Shown here: positions 9,201-17,084 of the stretch, piece by piece
Layout: the number at the start of each line of letters is the position of its first letter
Numbering within the stretch: the first letter of the stretch is position 1
Position numbers and translations under genes: made by a program
NCBI GenBank assembly: GCA_001871475.1
Contig: MNVE01000009.1
Coordinates: 85,120 to 149,119, forward strand
Origin: Candidatus Micrarchaeota archaeon CG1_02_47_40
Lineage (GTDB): Archaea; Micrarchaeota; Micrarchaeia; Anstonellales; CG1-02-47-40
Direction of reading: 5' to 3'
Length of the DNA: 64,000 nt
Notes under the pieces: model-generated
What the model was told of the DNA's origin: nothing
What the model saw: the letters and a program-made list of their open reading frames with translations, nothing else
Database searches by the model: none

Positions 9201-12200
9201 TGAAATTACTGCGGTGGTGATGTTTGAGCCGGCTCTCATGCTCGTGTTCCCATAGACTATGAAGAGGATGCTGCCATTTCCGTATTTGTTTCCGGTGTCA
9301 GGCACGTGGACTGAAATGTTGTAGGCGCCCCCCCATTGAGGCGTGTAGAGGCAGTAGAAGCTGTTTAGGAGCCCTACGCGAGTGGCTGAAACTTTTTCTG
9401 TCGCAGAGTTCAGGGTGAAGTTGCAGTGGACGTTATTGTAGTCTATCTGTGTCTGGTCGTCGGAAGCGGAGAAATTCACGCGGATTTGGATGTTGGCGTC
9501 TGTTACGTTTATCGGGGCGTAGTTGGAAGCGTTAGTTATGTTTATCTGCGGCGCGACTACTGGAGGCTGGTCTTCCACCACAAGATACATTGTCGTGTAG
9601 TTTGTTGTTGGAGAGGCGCTTGTGTTTGTGAGAGTGATGTTCAGAGTCCAGGAGCCGGTTATAAGCGAGCCGATGAAATTGGGCGTCAGGTTGTAAGATA
9701 CTCCTGCCGGCACCTGTATTGCTGATGGGTTGCTCTCCGGGTCCACCGCTGTCCCGACAAAAGAGCCTGTGTAGCCGATTGTGAAATTCAGCTCCACGTT
9801 CCCGGTGTTGTTTATGCGCGCTGTTCCAAGCGGGGCAGTGGATTGAGTCTGGTCTATTGCGCTCGTATTCGTCTGATTGAAGGGGGAAAGGTTCCATGTC
9901 AGGGACGCGGGCACGCTTATGCTTATGTTTATGCGCACGTCGTTCCCGTTTGAGATGTTCAGGTCAAAATGCCCGGTGTAATTGCCCGGCGCGTAATGCG
10001 CAGGGACGGTTATGTTCAGCGAGAGGTTTGTGCGCTCCCCCACCCCGAGGCTTGCGATTGCGGCGGGCGCGAAAACAAACCAGCCCGTGAGAGCGGTTTC
10101 CTCAATGTAGGTTATTTCGGTGTCAACTATTTCCGCGTTTCCAGTGGAGTTCAGCGAGATGTTGAATCTGTCTGTCTCCGAGTGGTTTATGCTCGTGTTC
10201 AGCAGTTCAATGGTAGTCAGGATGGGATTGCCGGTTATGGATATGGGAAGGGCTTTTTCAGCCAAATTTCCTATTGTCAGGTCGTTGTTGGTGAATCTTC
10301 CGTTGAAGTAGATGTAGTAGGTCGCCTGGGGGGTAAGCTCATCCACGGTTATGTTGAAGGAAACAACGCAGGTTCCGTATGAGTAATTTATGGATTCGGT
10401 GCAGTTCTCGGTGCTTGTGACGGCGTTTATGTATTGCGAGTAGGTGTTGGTGGAGTTTGAAACGTTTGCCAGATGGGCTTTTCCGCTGCCGGTGTCGTTC
10501 AGGGTTATATTGTATATGAAATAGTAGCCCGGGGAGAGGTCGGTAATTGAGATTGGCGGGAGCGTTGAGCCGGACAAGACCATTGAAACCGTTGTAGTCG
10601 CCACGGTGCTCATCTCAAACCTTGAAGAGTTTGAGTGCCTTGCCGTATCGTTTGCGTATATTGTTATGTTGTAGTTGCCCGCGCTTGGAGCTGTTAAAGA
10701 GCAGGAGTGGGAGTTGCCGGCTCCCGCGTCAGCAGTGTAATTCACACCGTTCTGCTCGCAGAGCACGCTTGAGAGCGCGATGTTTTCGCCTATGTCAAAT
10801 GTCACGGTGTAGGAAGAGCTGGCAGAAGTGTAATTGTAAGCATTCAGCCCGCTTGTGGAAACGTTCTCCACGCGCGGGGTGTCGTTGTCCACAGTAATGT
10901 TCGTTATATTCGTAAGCACAATTCCCTGTATGGAAACGTTCATGTAAAGAGAGTAGTTGCCAGGTGCGATATTCGTCAGGTTGGTGGTGTTTGTATAGGT
11001 TCCTTCAGAAGGATTTGCAAGATTAAGTGAAAATACGGAACAGCCGGAAGGCGCTGTCCTTGCGCCTATGCACGCAAAAATCGCGTCAGCCGGCTCATTG
11101 CCAAGCCCGGCATTGTCAGTGGCAAGGGTTATTGTCGTGCCCATCCTCTCCGCGGAATCGTAGCTGCTCCTGTTTGTCGCAAGGGAGGGATAATACTCAA
11201 AGAGAGTAATGTTCTTTGTGGCGTTGGCTGTCCTTGCCGCCTCGGTTATGTTCACGCTTATGTTGTATTCTCCCGACGCATAGCGGAAACTGCTGAAAGT
11301 CCAGGAAACGTTTGTGGCGTTGAAGGTGTAATTATACCTGCCTGTTGAGTTTGTCTGCGGGGGACCGGCAGGCGCCATGTTGGAATCTGCCACCTGCGTT
11401 CCGTTGAAGAATATGGCGATTGCCTTGTTCAGGATGAGGCTGTCGCCGAAGGTCGCTGTTCCATTTACAGAAACATTCGCTCCTTTCACCACGAAAGAAG
11501 GCACCGCCGTAATGGTTATCACAGCTCCGCAGGTGCTGCCGGCATAAACCGCATTTCCGGTTCCGGAATCAGAAACAGTTGAGCCGGAACTGCCGCAGCC
11601 GAAGTTTTCGTAGGTGAATTCGGTCAGGTTTATTGGATTGTTTATTGTGTTGTTTTCAATTTGGGACAGGGAGGTGTTCGCGGTTTCGGATGTGCCGTTT
11701 AAGTAGAATGAGTTTATTGTCGCACTTACCGCGTTTCCGACCAAAAAGACGCTTTTCGTGTTCCGCATGTAGAAGCCGTATGCGCCGCTTATGGTGTTGT
11801 TTGTGAAGTTTGAATAGTTGGAGGAAAATATGTAGGTGGAATTGCCGGAGGTTGAGACAGCTGAAAGGTTTTCAACGAAGGAGTATGGAGAGGCAAAAAG
11901 CGCAAGAGCCGAGCCTGTGCCGGACGAGGCACTGCCTCCTGCAATCACACTGCCCGAACTTTGATTCAGGAGAATCCCTGTTCCGCTTGTGGAGGAGCTG
12001 ATGCTGTCTGCTATTGAGTTGTTTGAGCTTCCGTTTATGTATATTCCGGAGCCGGAAACGGAAGTCGCGTTTGAATTCGCTACGAGATTCAGGTTTTCAG
12101 GGCGGAGGTAGCTTATTGAAACGTCATTAAGCACCGGGCTGGAGGATATGTTTGACGTGTTGAAGCTGAACTTGTACTGGAAATACCTGTTTTGGGAAAG

Positions 12201-15200
12201 GTTCAGGAAGTTGTAGGTGGCATTTTCATAGCCTTCTGTCCAGGATTCGCCGGAGCATTCAGCGTCGTCGCAGGAGCGGGCGGACATATTTAGGCGATAG
12301 GCTCCCCTCTGGTACATTGTGACTATTTCGGTCGGCGTCAGGGCGCGGTTGAATGTCGCAAGCTCGTCTATCCTGCCGTTGAAAAATACGCCTGCATGGT
12401 AGGTGCCGCTGCCGCTGTTTCTGCCAGGGCATGCTCCGACAAGCTGGATTATAACTGGCCTTGGGTCAAAATTTGTCATCCATCCTACGTAGATTCCATT
12501 GACATATGCATAATAATTAGTGACCCTGCGCAGGCATATATGCGACCATTTATTTACGGGCACGTAACTATTATACTGTATCTCGGGAGTAGCAGCACCG
12601 TTTGTCACATACGCGGAGCCCTTGTCAAATCGCAGAGCCCAACTGCCTTCTTGCCAGTTTGACGCTCCGTAGATGGTCTGGGCGGCATTGTCGGAGGTAG
12701 GGTATATCCAGGCGCAGATTGTGAAGGCTGCGGTCGCCGAAATCGGACCGCCGGAAGTGGTAACCCGGACATAATCATTTCCGTCAAAACTGCCGGCATA
12801 GCTGCCGAATTTGGATGAGTTTGTGAATGTGGCGCCAAAAGCAGTCGGGTTGTACCCGGAACTGCTGGTATCCGTCCAGGCGTTGTTCGTGTGAATCAGC
12901 AGGGTATTTCCGCCCATGTTTGCCCCGCCCTGGACGGTTTCAACCTGCCTGTTGTCCGGCAGTTCTTCCCCATAAGGGAATGCCTCGCTCCAGTTTGCGG
13001 ATGTCCAGTTCACGGCTGTTGAGCCGTCAAATATCCTTGAGGTGTAGGTTCCGTCGCTTGTGTACTGGGAGCCGGCAGGGGTCAGGGTTATGTTGCCGCT
13101 TTGGCTGGCTATGGAAACGCCGGCAGGCGTTCCAAAGGCAAAGTCTGCCTGGCTGGTTTCGGAGAAGGAGTTTGCCTGCCCGTTGATTTCAATCGCAGGC
13201 GAGCCGACGGCGTTTGCATATGAAACGTTTGCCAGATACGTGCTGAATAGGCGGACGCCGGCTCCTGCGGTTGAAGTCGCATTTGAGTTTTCCAGCAGGC
13301 TGTAAGCCCCGCCGAGGAGGACTGCCGTGCCGTTTGCATTTGAAACCGCAGAAGAGTTTATTATGAGGCTGCCGGAATTGAGGGGAGCTGACTCGGAAAT
13401 GAACATCCCGTACCCGTTTGAAATCCCATCCCCATACCTTGAGGTGAAGGCGCTTGTGTTGAGCACTGTAGAGCTGCCTGCCGTAGAGTAGATGCCGGTT
13501 GAGTAATTCTCTATTCTGCAATTCAATATAGTGGTGTTGAAGGAATCTGAATAAATCCCGTAAGTGTTTGTGGTGTTTGTGCCGTTAAGGATGAAACTGC
13601 TCCCGCAGTCTATGGTGTTGTTTCCCAGGTTGTTTGTCAGGTTGTAGGCTGATTTCGTGTTTGAGGAGGCATAGGTGCTGTTGAAGAGGTTGGAGGAGGA
13701 AGAGCTTGCGATAATTGCGTCTTGCGAATTGGAGATGGCTGATGAGCCGATGATTTGAGTGTAGTTTGAGCCAGTGGAGAGGCAGATGCCATAGCCGGAG
13801 GTTGAGGTGAAGTTTGAGTTTGAGATTGTGTTGTAGTTTGCACTGGCGCGCAGCAGTATTCCTTTTCCGTTTGCGTCCGTTTCATCTCCGGACCTCGTAG
13901 TGAATGCGGTTGTGTCGGTAATGGTTCCGTTGTCTGCGCCGTTTAAGTATATTCCGGTTGAGAAATTTTCTATTCTGCAGTTTTGTATGGTAGTGTTGAA
14001 TGAGATTGAGTAAATCCCGTAAGTGTCCGTGGCGTTGTTTCCGTTTAACATGTATCCCTGGCAGTCAAGGGTTATGTTTTCTGCCGTGATGTTTATGCAC
14101 CCTAATGAGGCGGAGGTTGAGAAGGACTCGTTAAGGACGTAGCTCCTTCCGCTTATGTTAAGATTCGTGCAGCTGCGTATGTTTGTGGAAACGAACAGCA
14201 CGGAAGTTGTGTTCCTTCCAACCACTCCGTACGCGCCGCCTATGTTGGTGGTTTCATTGAAGTAGGTGGAATTCACTATCAGGGTGTAATTGCCTGGTTC
14301 GGTTGGCACTGTGAAGGAGGAATTGTAATGCCCTGTGTCGTTTGTTGTCCCGCTAACGGCAAGGGTTTCATACCCGTTCCAATCCTTCAGGTAAACGTCA
14401 TACGCATAGCCTGACAGATTCGTCCTGTTCATGTAGTTTGAATACCTGTTCGTGAAGTTGAATTTTCCGTAAACGAAAACCTCGTCGCCGGCGAACATGG
14501 CGTTTGTGTTGAGGGAGATTGAGGCGTTCAGGAGAGGGATTGACTGGATGGGCGCGGAGTCCGAGGAGGCGGAGCCGTTCCACTTGGTTTTTGTGCTTGC
14601 CTGATATGGGAGCGCGCCGCCTATTGAGGCGTCCGCGTAATTGTCCGCATTCGTATCCAGTATGTTGGGCCAGTATGAGTTGATGTCGTCGTAGTAGTTT
14701 CCCCGGTCTACAGCCCCGACGGTTTCCTCAAAGTCGTTTCCCGAAGTCGCATGGGTGTTTACATAATATGTGCTTGCGTTAAGCAGGTAGTTGCCGTATA
14801 TGTAATTGCTGTTTGCCTCCAGCCGGATGCTCGTGTTCCCGCCTTCTATCGTGTTGTTGATGATTGAGTTGTATAATGCGGAGTTGATGAGGCGGATGCC
14901 GGTGGCGCTGGAATTTTTCAGTATGATGTGGTTGTTGGTTATGTTTGTGTACCTGTAGTAGTAAAGGTAGACTGCCGGATTTGCCGAATACGAGGTTATC
15001 TTGTTATTGGAGAAAACGTCATGGGTTATTATGCTGCCCGTATCGTGGGCAGAGGAGATATACAGCGCGGAGCTTTCGTTTGCGGTAAAGTTGTTGTAGG
15101 AGACGTTGCTGTCAAAGAACATGGAGGTATGCATGCCGTAGCCGGTTGCGCGGATGGTGTTGGATTTTATAGTGTGGAAGGACGCATTTGAGTTGCCGCT

Positions 15201-16967
15201 GTAATTGGAGTAGAAGGCGGTTCCGTTTGAGTAGATATTATTGCCGGTGATGTTGTTGCTGCTTGTTAGATTGTTGAAGTATATTGCGTAGCCGCTGTTG
15301 GTGTTCTTGTAGAAGGTATTGTCCCTGATGGTGCTGTAATTTGCCCCGTGGAAATGCGCCCCGTAGTAAAAGCCGCTTATGATGCAGTTTCGGATGGTGG
15401 TGTTTGTACCATTTGAGTAGACAGCTGACGCGCCTGGAGTTGTTTCGCCGGTGTTGGTGATGGTGTGCCCCTGGCAGTCTAATGTAATATTCTCTCCTGT
15501 CACGTTGAAGCAGGTGCCTCCGCTGTTTGGGTCGGCGTTGAGGTAGAAGATTTTATCCCGAACGTCGGGGAAGTTTGCAAGCGCCTGGCAGCCGGAGATT
15601 ATTTCCACCGCCTCACCTGAATTGTATCTTGCGCCGATGGGACCCCAGTCATAATAGCCTCCCGATAGGGAATAGGGATAGTCTCCTCCTATGTCTCCGT
15701 AGTTGTCAGCAGGAGAATAGTCATAGATTTCCTTTGTCAGTATGTTGTCGTAGTAGTTTCCTTGCGCTGTTCCTCCTGCTGTTGTGTTGAAGGTGTTTGA
15801 CGCACCGCCAAGATTGTATATGTAAGTGGAGGCGCGGTAAAGGTAATTGTGGAAGATAGAGTTGTTGGTTGAATCAGATGAAGGTATGTAGATGCCATAG
15901 GTTGAGGCATTTATAGTTGTATTTCGTATTATAGTATTGTTTGAACGGGTGGTGATGAGGATGCCGGCGCTGGAGGTGGAGGTGAATGTTGAGTTTATGA
16001 TTGAATTGTTTGAGCTGGAGTGGACGACGATGCCGGCGCTGATGGTGGAGGTGCCGGTTGAGTTTATGATTTGATTGTAATTGGAATTGGAGATGAGATA
16101 GATAGCGGGATAAGTAGAAGTGCCGGTTGAGTTTATGATTGAGTTGTTTGAGCTGGAGGTGAGGTAAATGCCGTAGCTGGTGTTGGAGGTGCCGGTTGAG
16201 TTTATGATTGAGTTGTTTGAGCTGGAGGAGAGGCTGATGCCGAGACCGGTGTTTGAGATGCCCATTAGGTTTATTATGTTGTTGTTTGAACTGGAGGAGA
16301 GTCCGATGCCGGGGCTTATGCGGGCTGAGCCATTGGAGTTTATGATTGAGTTGTTTGAGCTGAAGGTGAGGAAGATGCCACTGCTGGTGTTAGAGGTTCC
16401 TGTTGAGCCTGTAATGTTGTTGTTTGAGCTTGAAAGGAGGTTGATGCCCTGTTGAGAGTTTGAACTGCCTGTTGAGTTTATGATTTGGATGTAGTTTGCA
16501 TCTTTTAGGCTGATGGCGGAGGAACCGGAGGCTATATCTGCAGAAACATTTTGTATACGCCCGTTGTCGGCATAATAAAAATAGATGGCATAGTAAAACT
16601 CATTTATTTTTATATTTTTCACAGTCGTGCCGGAAACTGTTGAATAAACGCCGTAGCTTGAAGCCGCGCCTGTTCCATTTACATCATGCCCCTGCCCATC
16701 CAGCACCACGTTCACAGCAGTTACGGTAAAGCAGGTGGTGCTTCTGCCGGTTATATCTGCCGTAAGCGTGTAAGTTCCCGCCGTGTCCAGCGTCTGGCAG
16801 GTGGAGATAGGTCCCGGAGTGCTTGCGAAAAGGGCGGGAGAGAGCAAGAGGAATAGGAAAATCAGCGACTTCCATTTTCTCCCGTTTAGCATGAGAAGAA
16901 ATGAGTTTAAGATATTTATAAGGCTTATTATAAAAAAGTCCGAAGACTTTTTTAGACTTGACTGCAA
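3249..16967 (-). CDS. Giant (4572 aa by ORF) surface protein: signal peptide, beta-helix/LamG/Ig-like sequon-rich ectodomain, one TM, cytoplasmic P-loop ATPase. Probable real start is Met26 at 16892.
   Basis: Uninterrupted 13.7-kb ORF. KWKSLIFLFLLLSPALFAS is a signal-like segment. 22-23 aa periodic IINSTGTSN-type repeats (PbH1-like). Very dense N-x-S/T sequons. C-terminal TM plus Walker A/B. A TATA-like box lies ~28 nt upstream of the ATG at 16892. Confidence 0.9.
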   Translation of the reverse strand: MQSSLKKSSDFFIISLINILNSFLLMLNGRKWKSLIFLFLLLSPALFASTPGPISTCQTLDTAGTYTLTADITGRSTTCFTVTAVNVVLDGQGHDVNGTGAASSYGVYSTVSGTTVKNIKINEFYYAIYFYYADNGRIQNVSADIASGSSAISLKDANYIQIINSTGSSNSQQGINLLSSSNNNITGSTGTSNTSSGIFLTFSSNNSIINSNGSARISPGIGLSSSSNNNIINLMGISNTGLGISLSSSSNNSIINSTGTSNTSYGIYLTSSSNNSIINSTGTSTYPAIYLISNSNYNQIINSTGTSTISAGIVVHSSSNNSIINSTFTSTSSAGILITTRSNNTIIRNTTINASTYGIYIPSSDSTNNSIFHNYLYRASTYIYNLGGASNTFNTTAGGTAQGNYYDNILTKEIYDYSPADNYGDIGGDYPYSLSGGYYDWGPIGARYNSGEAVEIISGCQALANFPDVRDKIFYLNADPNSGGTCFNVTGENITLDCQGHTITNTGETTPGASAVYSNGTNTTIRNCIISGFYYGAHFHGANYSTIRDNTFYKNTNSGYAIYFNNLTSSNNITGNNIYSNGTAFYSNYSGNSNASFHTIKSNTIRATGYGMHTSMFFDSNVSYNNFTANESSALYISSAHDTGSIITHDVFSNNKITSYSANPAVYLYYYRYTNITNNHIILKNSSATGIRLINSALYNSIINNTIEGGNTSIRLEANSNYIYGNYLLNASTYYVNTHATSGNDFEETVGAVDRGNYYDDINSYWPNILDTNADNYADASIGGALPYQASTKTKWNGSASSDSAPIQSIPLLNASISLNTNAMFAGDEVFVYGKFNFTNRYSNYMNRTNLSGYAYDVYLKDWNGYETLAVSGTTNDTGHYNSSFTVPTEPGNYTLIVNSTYFNETTNIGGAYGVVGRNTTSVLFVSTNIRSCTNLNISGRSYVLNESFSTSASLGCINITAENITLDCQGYMLNGNNATDTYGIYSISFNTTIQNCRIENFSTGIYLNGADNGTITDTTAFTTRSGDETDANGKGILLRASANYNTISNSNFTSTSGYGICLSTGSNYTQIIGSSAISNSQDAIIASSSSSNLFNSTYASSNTKSAYNLTNNLGNNTIDCGSSFILNGTNTTNTYGIYSDSFNTTILNCRIENYSTGIYSTAGSSTVLNTSAFTSRYGDGISNGYGMFISESAPLNSGSLIINSSAVSNANGTAVLLGGAYSLLENSNATSTAGAGVRLFSTYLANVSYANAVGSPAIEINGQANSFSETSQADFAFGTPAGVSIASQSGNITLTPAGSQYTSDGTYTSRIFDGSTAVNWTSANWSEAFPYGEELPDNRQVETVQGGANMGGNTLLIHTNNAWTDTSSSGYNPTAFGATFTNSSKFGSYAGSFDGNDYVRVTTSGGPISATAAFTICAWIYPTSDNAAQTIYGASNWQEGSWALRFDKGSAYVTNGAATPEIQYNSYVPVNKWSHICLRRVTNYYAYVNGIYVGWMTNFDPRPVIIQLVGACPGRNSGSGTYHAGVFFNGRIDELATFNRALTPTEIVTMYQRGAYRLNMSARSCDDAECSGESWTEGYENATYNFLNLSQNRYFQYKFSFNTSNISSSPVLNDVSISYLRPENLNLVANSNATSVSGSGIYINGSSNNSIADSISSSTSGTGILLNQSSGSVIAGGSASSGTGSALALFASPYSFVENLSAVSTSGNSTYIFSSNYSNFTNNTISGAYGFYMRNTKSVFLVGNAVSATINSFYLNGTSETANTSLSQIENNTINNPINLTEFTYENFGCGSSGSTVSDSGTGNAVYAGSTCGAVITITAVPSFVVKGANVSVNGTATFGDSLILNKAIAIFFNGTQVADSNMAPAGPPQTNSTGRYNYTFNATNVSWTFSSFRYASGEYNISVNITEAARTANATKNITLFEYYPSLATNRSSYDSAERMGTTITLATDNAGLGNEPADAIFACIGARTAPSGCSVFSLNLANPSEGTYTNTTNLTNIAPGNYSLYMNVSIQGIVLTNITNITVDNDTPRVENVSTSGLNAYNYTSASSSYTVTFDIGENIALSSVLCEQNGVNYTADAGAGNSHSCSLTAPSAGNYNITIYANDTARHSNSSRFEMSTVATTTVSMVLSGSTLPPISITDLSPGYYFIYNITLNDTGSGKAHLANVSNSTNTYSQYINAVTSTENCTESINYSYGTCVVSFNITVDELTPQATYYIYFNGRFTNNDLTIGNLAEKALPISITGNPILTTIELLNTSINHSETDRFNISLNSTGNAEIVDTEITYIEETALTGWFVFAPAAIASLGVGERTNLSLNITVPAHYAPGNYTGHFDLNISNGNDVRINISISVPASLTWNLSPFNQTNTSAIDQTQSTAPLGTARINNTGNVELNFTIGYTGSFVGTAVDPESNPSAIQVPAGVSYNLTPNFIGSLITGSWTLNITLTNTSASPTTNYTTMYLVVEDQPPVVAPQINITNASNYAPINVTDANIQIRVNFSASDDQTQIDYNNVHCNFTLNSATEKVSATRVGLLNSFYCLYTPQWGGAYNISVHVPDTGNKYGNGSILFIVYGNTSMRAGSNITTAVISGMSQSSPKTFSFEISANNTGYGTAINATGYGLPSNSSWGSTICNFTNITNNSKQYANITITIPAGTEPGTYYVTPYIRWTNPDRSNFTNYTADITVSVQGNPELLLQFPSAANISQGSSSNFTLIVNSTGISNVSGINLTCSGAQCTAFSVAFNESALFSLGIGQAKPITVTLTASAGKATGAYPNLYLNATSTEGASHQFTSTINVLADYNWTVSRSSINTSNVINAAGTLATTISNNGNENLAFLFNLSGNATGIFVLEDASQTVLAGTNYTLNITYSLPGEPASYYGNLTLNETHEGATLNYTIPIDYRVFVGSMNISPNSTVKQVNISAGDTIYINATILAGDDYVNENATFSVQVNGTSCPVSAYANFSGQNLWQINCTAPSANDGQWHNLTVIANYSTMDILITNTTQSSLHYLDITLPAFLASRINISGTSAFFQINASDNVNVSTVKAYVLSQNITVNHSYNYTYEFNMSGLSVGDYDVYYWISDAQGNSNTSSGYFEIWTDAGFAGDIKNSSSQPVSAGFTLYRPATSQVLQNFSTNSNGAYSAVIHSRTYDAVVFSSQMSMNITLQEIELSSYSDSLDFDRIGKWESSLVNGVNGIGVRTNFTGGAAISISFDSGELSGAEEYIKMYKCAGWNFSTKTCSGTWGMLTTVVDKVYDRVYANVSQFSDTDGETAYMLGETVTTSGQPDISLSSIDSLSVQHNATGRTNFTITSSGTGTALNIYAVCSSGTICEMADTAMAPAYIASIAQGGIETVNINVSIPYAHAPGTYLANIIAYGDGISNKTAQLQVTVPTNASWSINQTFFNATVGTGETTIGYARIYNNGNVNLRLNSSTNDTSAYANETDIQIPKNSTSHTIRIYSNATAPGNMTVGITIANASASPASLTLNATLRVINMTVLVSSPNSSLPAAEIIPGATLNISANAYLEGAELTSGATWSAAVGGADCTSPSYSYSTSAWLISCLAPDITTLNNSIVVEAQYGGYGGADTEAGAVIYTDTTPPSIIISAASAYKGAVVAISLLPSDNAGVSGITANLTHPNGTVDNLTLTYSAPYYTNSFATIDAEYGMYTIRAWANDTSGLNGTNSSTFNVMQGAYIAGNFTSANGSTPTVEIWILDNASNVMFVFNTSGIFNQSVNATNIVNLQIKAFGQSITLTGVNMSQNVSSLFSIDSLTPNYVGGGALTAVTLTNISTNYTGGSITMDYSGTSYASESNVGLYKCSTWDFATRLCTSGWERLTSVSVDRLNHKITANISSFSAYAAAEYICGDGVCHSAYGEGSANCPADCPVTTQTVSVTTGGSSGGSSSYSTTNVEGASEAQLQEIQDKIDELQGMQPDSEEFNQQLSLLQEMYENLSEKMRSGANISTEGMETMTNSIYFELYPGEETTTSTTIKNTLGETSTISIQTAGNIKSYVYSEQSSITLEPYAESEVALFVSLPADTKPGVYYGSIEFENEAGGRIQVPFNLRVLQLKDRLLDLKIQPIDSTVEPGGKIRIETNIYNLGEARRVDAQLKVQLIQQENEKIVAELEEALAIETSLSSIKTMDVPADTPEGKYVLRAVATYPVSSGLSREATSISTIDVRRSLTPLFVFLFAVVLAAGGYAMWKRMEKEKKRFLVKIDFSKLPKFDERAAFLGKVAETNVRAAFPVDKLVMHALVAGASGSGKTVAAQDIVEEVLKKKISVVVFDPTAQWTGFLRKNSVKEMLSLYKDFGMNASDACAFPGNVFIVKDPNRKINIKELMKPGEITIFALNNFKSVDIETIVANTIEEVFALNLEESKELRLLIVFDEVHRLLPKFGGTGAGFKNIERSVREFRKWGVGMLLVSQVLSDFVGEIKTNISTEVQLRTKYEEDLNRIKMKYGEEILKYIVKAPVGVGMLQNAEFNRGNPYFVLFRPLLHSIVRLSDKALEKYHLYNERIMKVIEGMEKLKAKEVDVFDVELELKLARDKLNKGSFEVVEIYLESLEKKVGEMLKKL
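3252..4361 (-). other. C-terminal cytoplasmic P-loop NTPase domain of the giant protein (HerA/FtsK/VirB4-like, DUF87-like)
   Basis: Walker A VAGASGSGKT at nt 4179-4202 (checked on DNA). Walker B LLIVFDEVH at about nt 3804-3830. Followed by FRKWGVGMLLVSQ and a coiled-coil tail. Confidence 0.7.
4362..4424 (-). other. Single predicted transmembrane helix separating the ectodomain from the ATPase domain
   Basis: LTPLFVFLFAVVLAAGGYAMW followed by the positively charged KRMEKEKKRF (positive-inside rule puts the ATPase in the cytoplasm). Confidence 0.7.
12300..12810 (-). other. LamG / concanavalin-like jelly-roll domain inside the giant protein (approximate bounds)
   Basis: GSFDGNDYVRVTTSGGPISATAAFTICAWIYPTS...WSHICLRRV...FFNGRIDELATFNRALTPTEIVTMYQRG is a typical Laminin_G_3 pattern. 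Confidence 0.6.
15770..16790 (-). other. First parallel beta-helix (PbH1-like) repeat block of the giant protein (approximate); the DNA shows 66-69 nt tandem periodicity
   Basis: Repeated ...SSSNNSIINSTGTSNTS.GI.L... units. The DNA unit ggtgccggttgagtttatgattgagttgtttgagctggag recurs between about 15950 and 16460. Confidence 0.65.
16912..16925 (-). promoter_or_regulatory. TATA-box-like element for the giant gene
   Basis: The minus strand reads ATAATAAGCCTTATAAATATCTTAAACTCATTTCTTCTC-ATG(16892). CTTATAAATA lies ~28 nt upstream of the ATG, suggesting a short or absent leader. Confidence 0.4.
16932..16953 (-). terminator. Symmetric A6/T6-flanked hairpin, possibly a terminator for the upstream ATPase gene
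   Basis: AAAAAAGTC-CGAA-GACTTTTTT: a 9-bp stem with an oligo-T run on either strand. Confidence 0.4.
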
Positions 16968-16973
16968 GTCAAG
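16957..16973. repeat. TTGAC..GTCAA hairpin element (single copy) upstream of the giant gene
   Basis: AGA-CTTGACT-GCA-AGTCAAG-CAGATAA has the same flanks (AGAC...GCAGA) as the copy at 53519-53538. Confidence 0.7.
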
Positions 16974-16981
16974 CAGATAAA

Positions 16982-17073
16982 TTCTGCCTTTATGGAGGCA
17001 TGAAAAGTGCTGTTTTCTTGCCTTTATATGGGCATGAAATCAATAGTTTTCTTGCCTTTATGAAGGCATGAAG
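16982..17073. repeat. Three direct repeats (33-34 bp period), each with a TGCCTTT-N-AGGCATGAA palindromic core
   Basis: ttctgcctttatggaggcatgaaaa / ttcttgcctttatatgggcatgaaat / ttcttgcctttatgaaggcatgaag, starting at 16982, 17015 and 17049. Confidence 0.8.
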
Positions 17074-17084
17074 ACGCATAACCG

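Noticed and set aside
15950-16460. Tandem 66-69-nt DNA repeats, which might be a non-coding repeat array or a DGR variable/template repeat pair.
   Set aside because: They are in frame within the giant ORF and encode consecutive 22-23-aa beta-helix coils. No reverse transcriptase and no adenine-specific mismatch pattern was seen.
16893-16967. The N-terminal 25 codons of the giant ORF (MQSSLKKSSDFFIISLINILNSFLL).
   Set aside because: This stretch contains the TATA-like box, the A6/T6 hairpin and part of the TTGAC hairpin. Met26 is followed immediately by a typical signal peptide, so the upstream codons are probably not translated.
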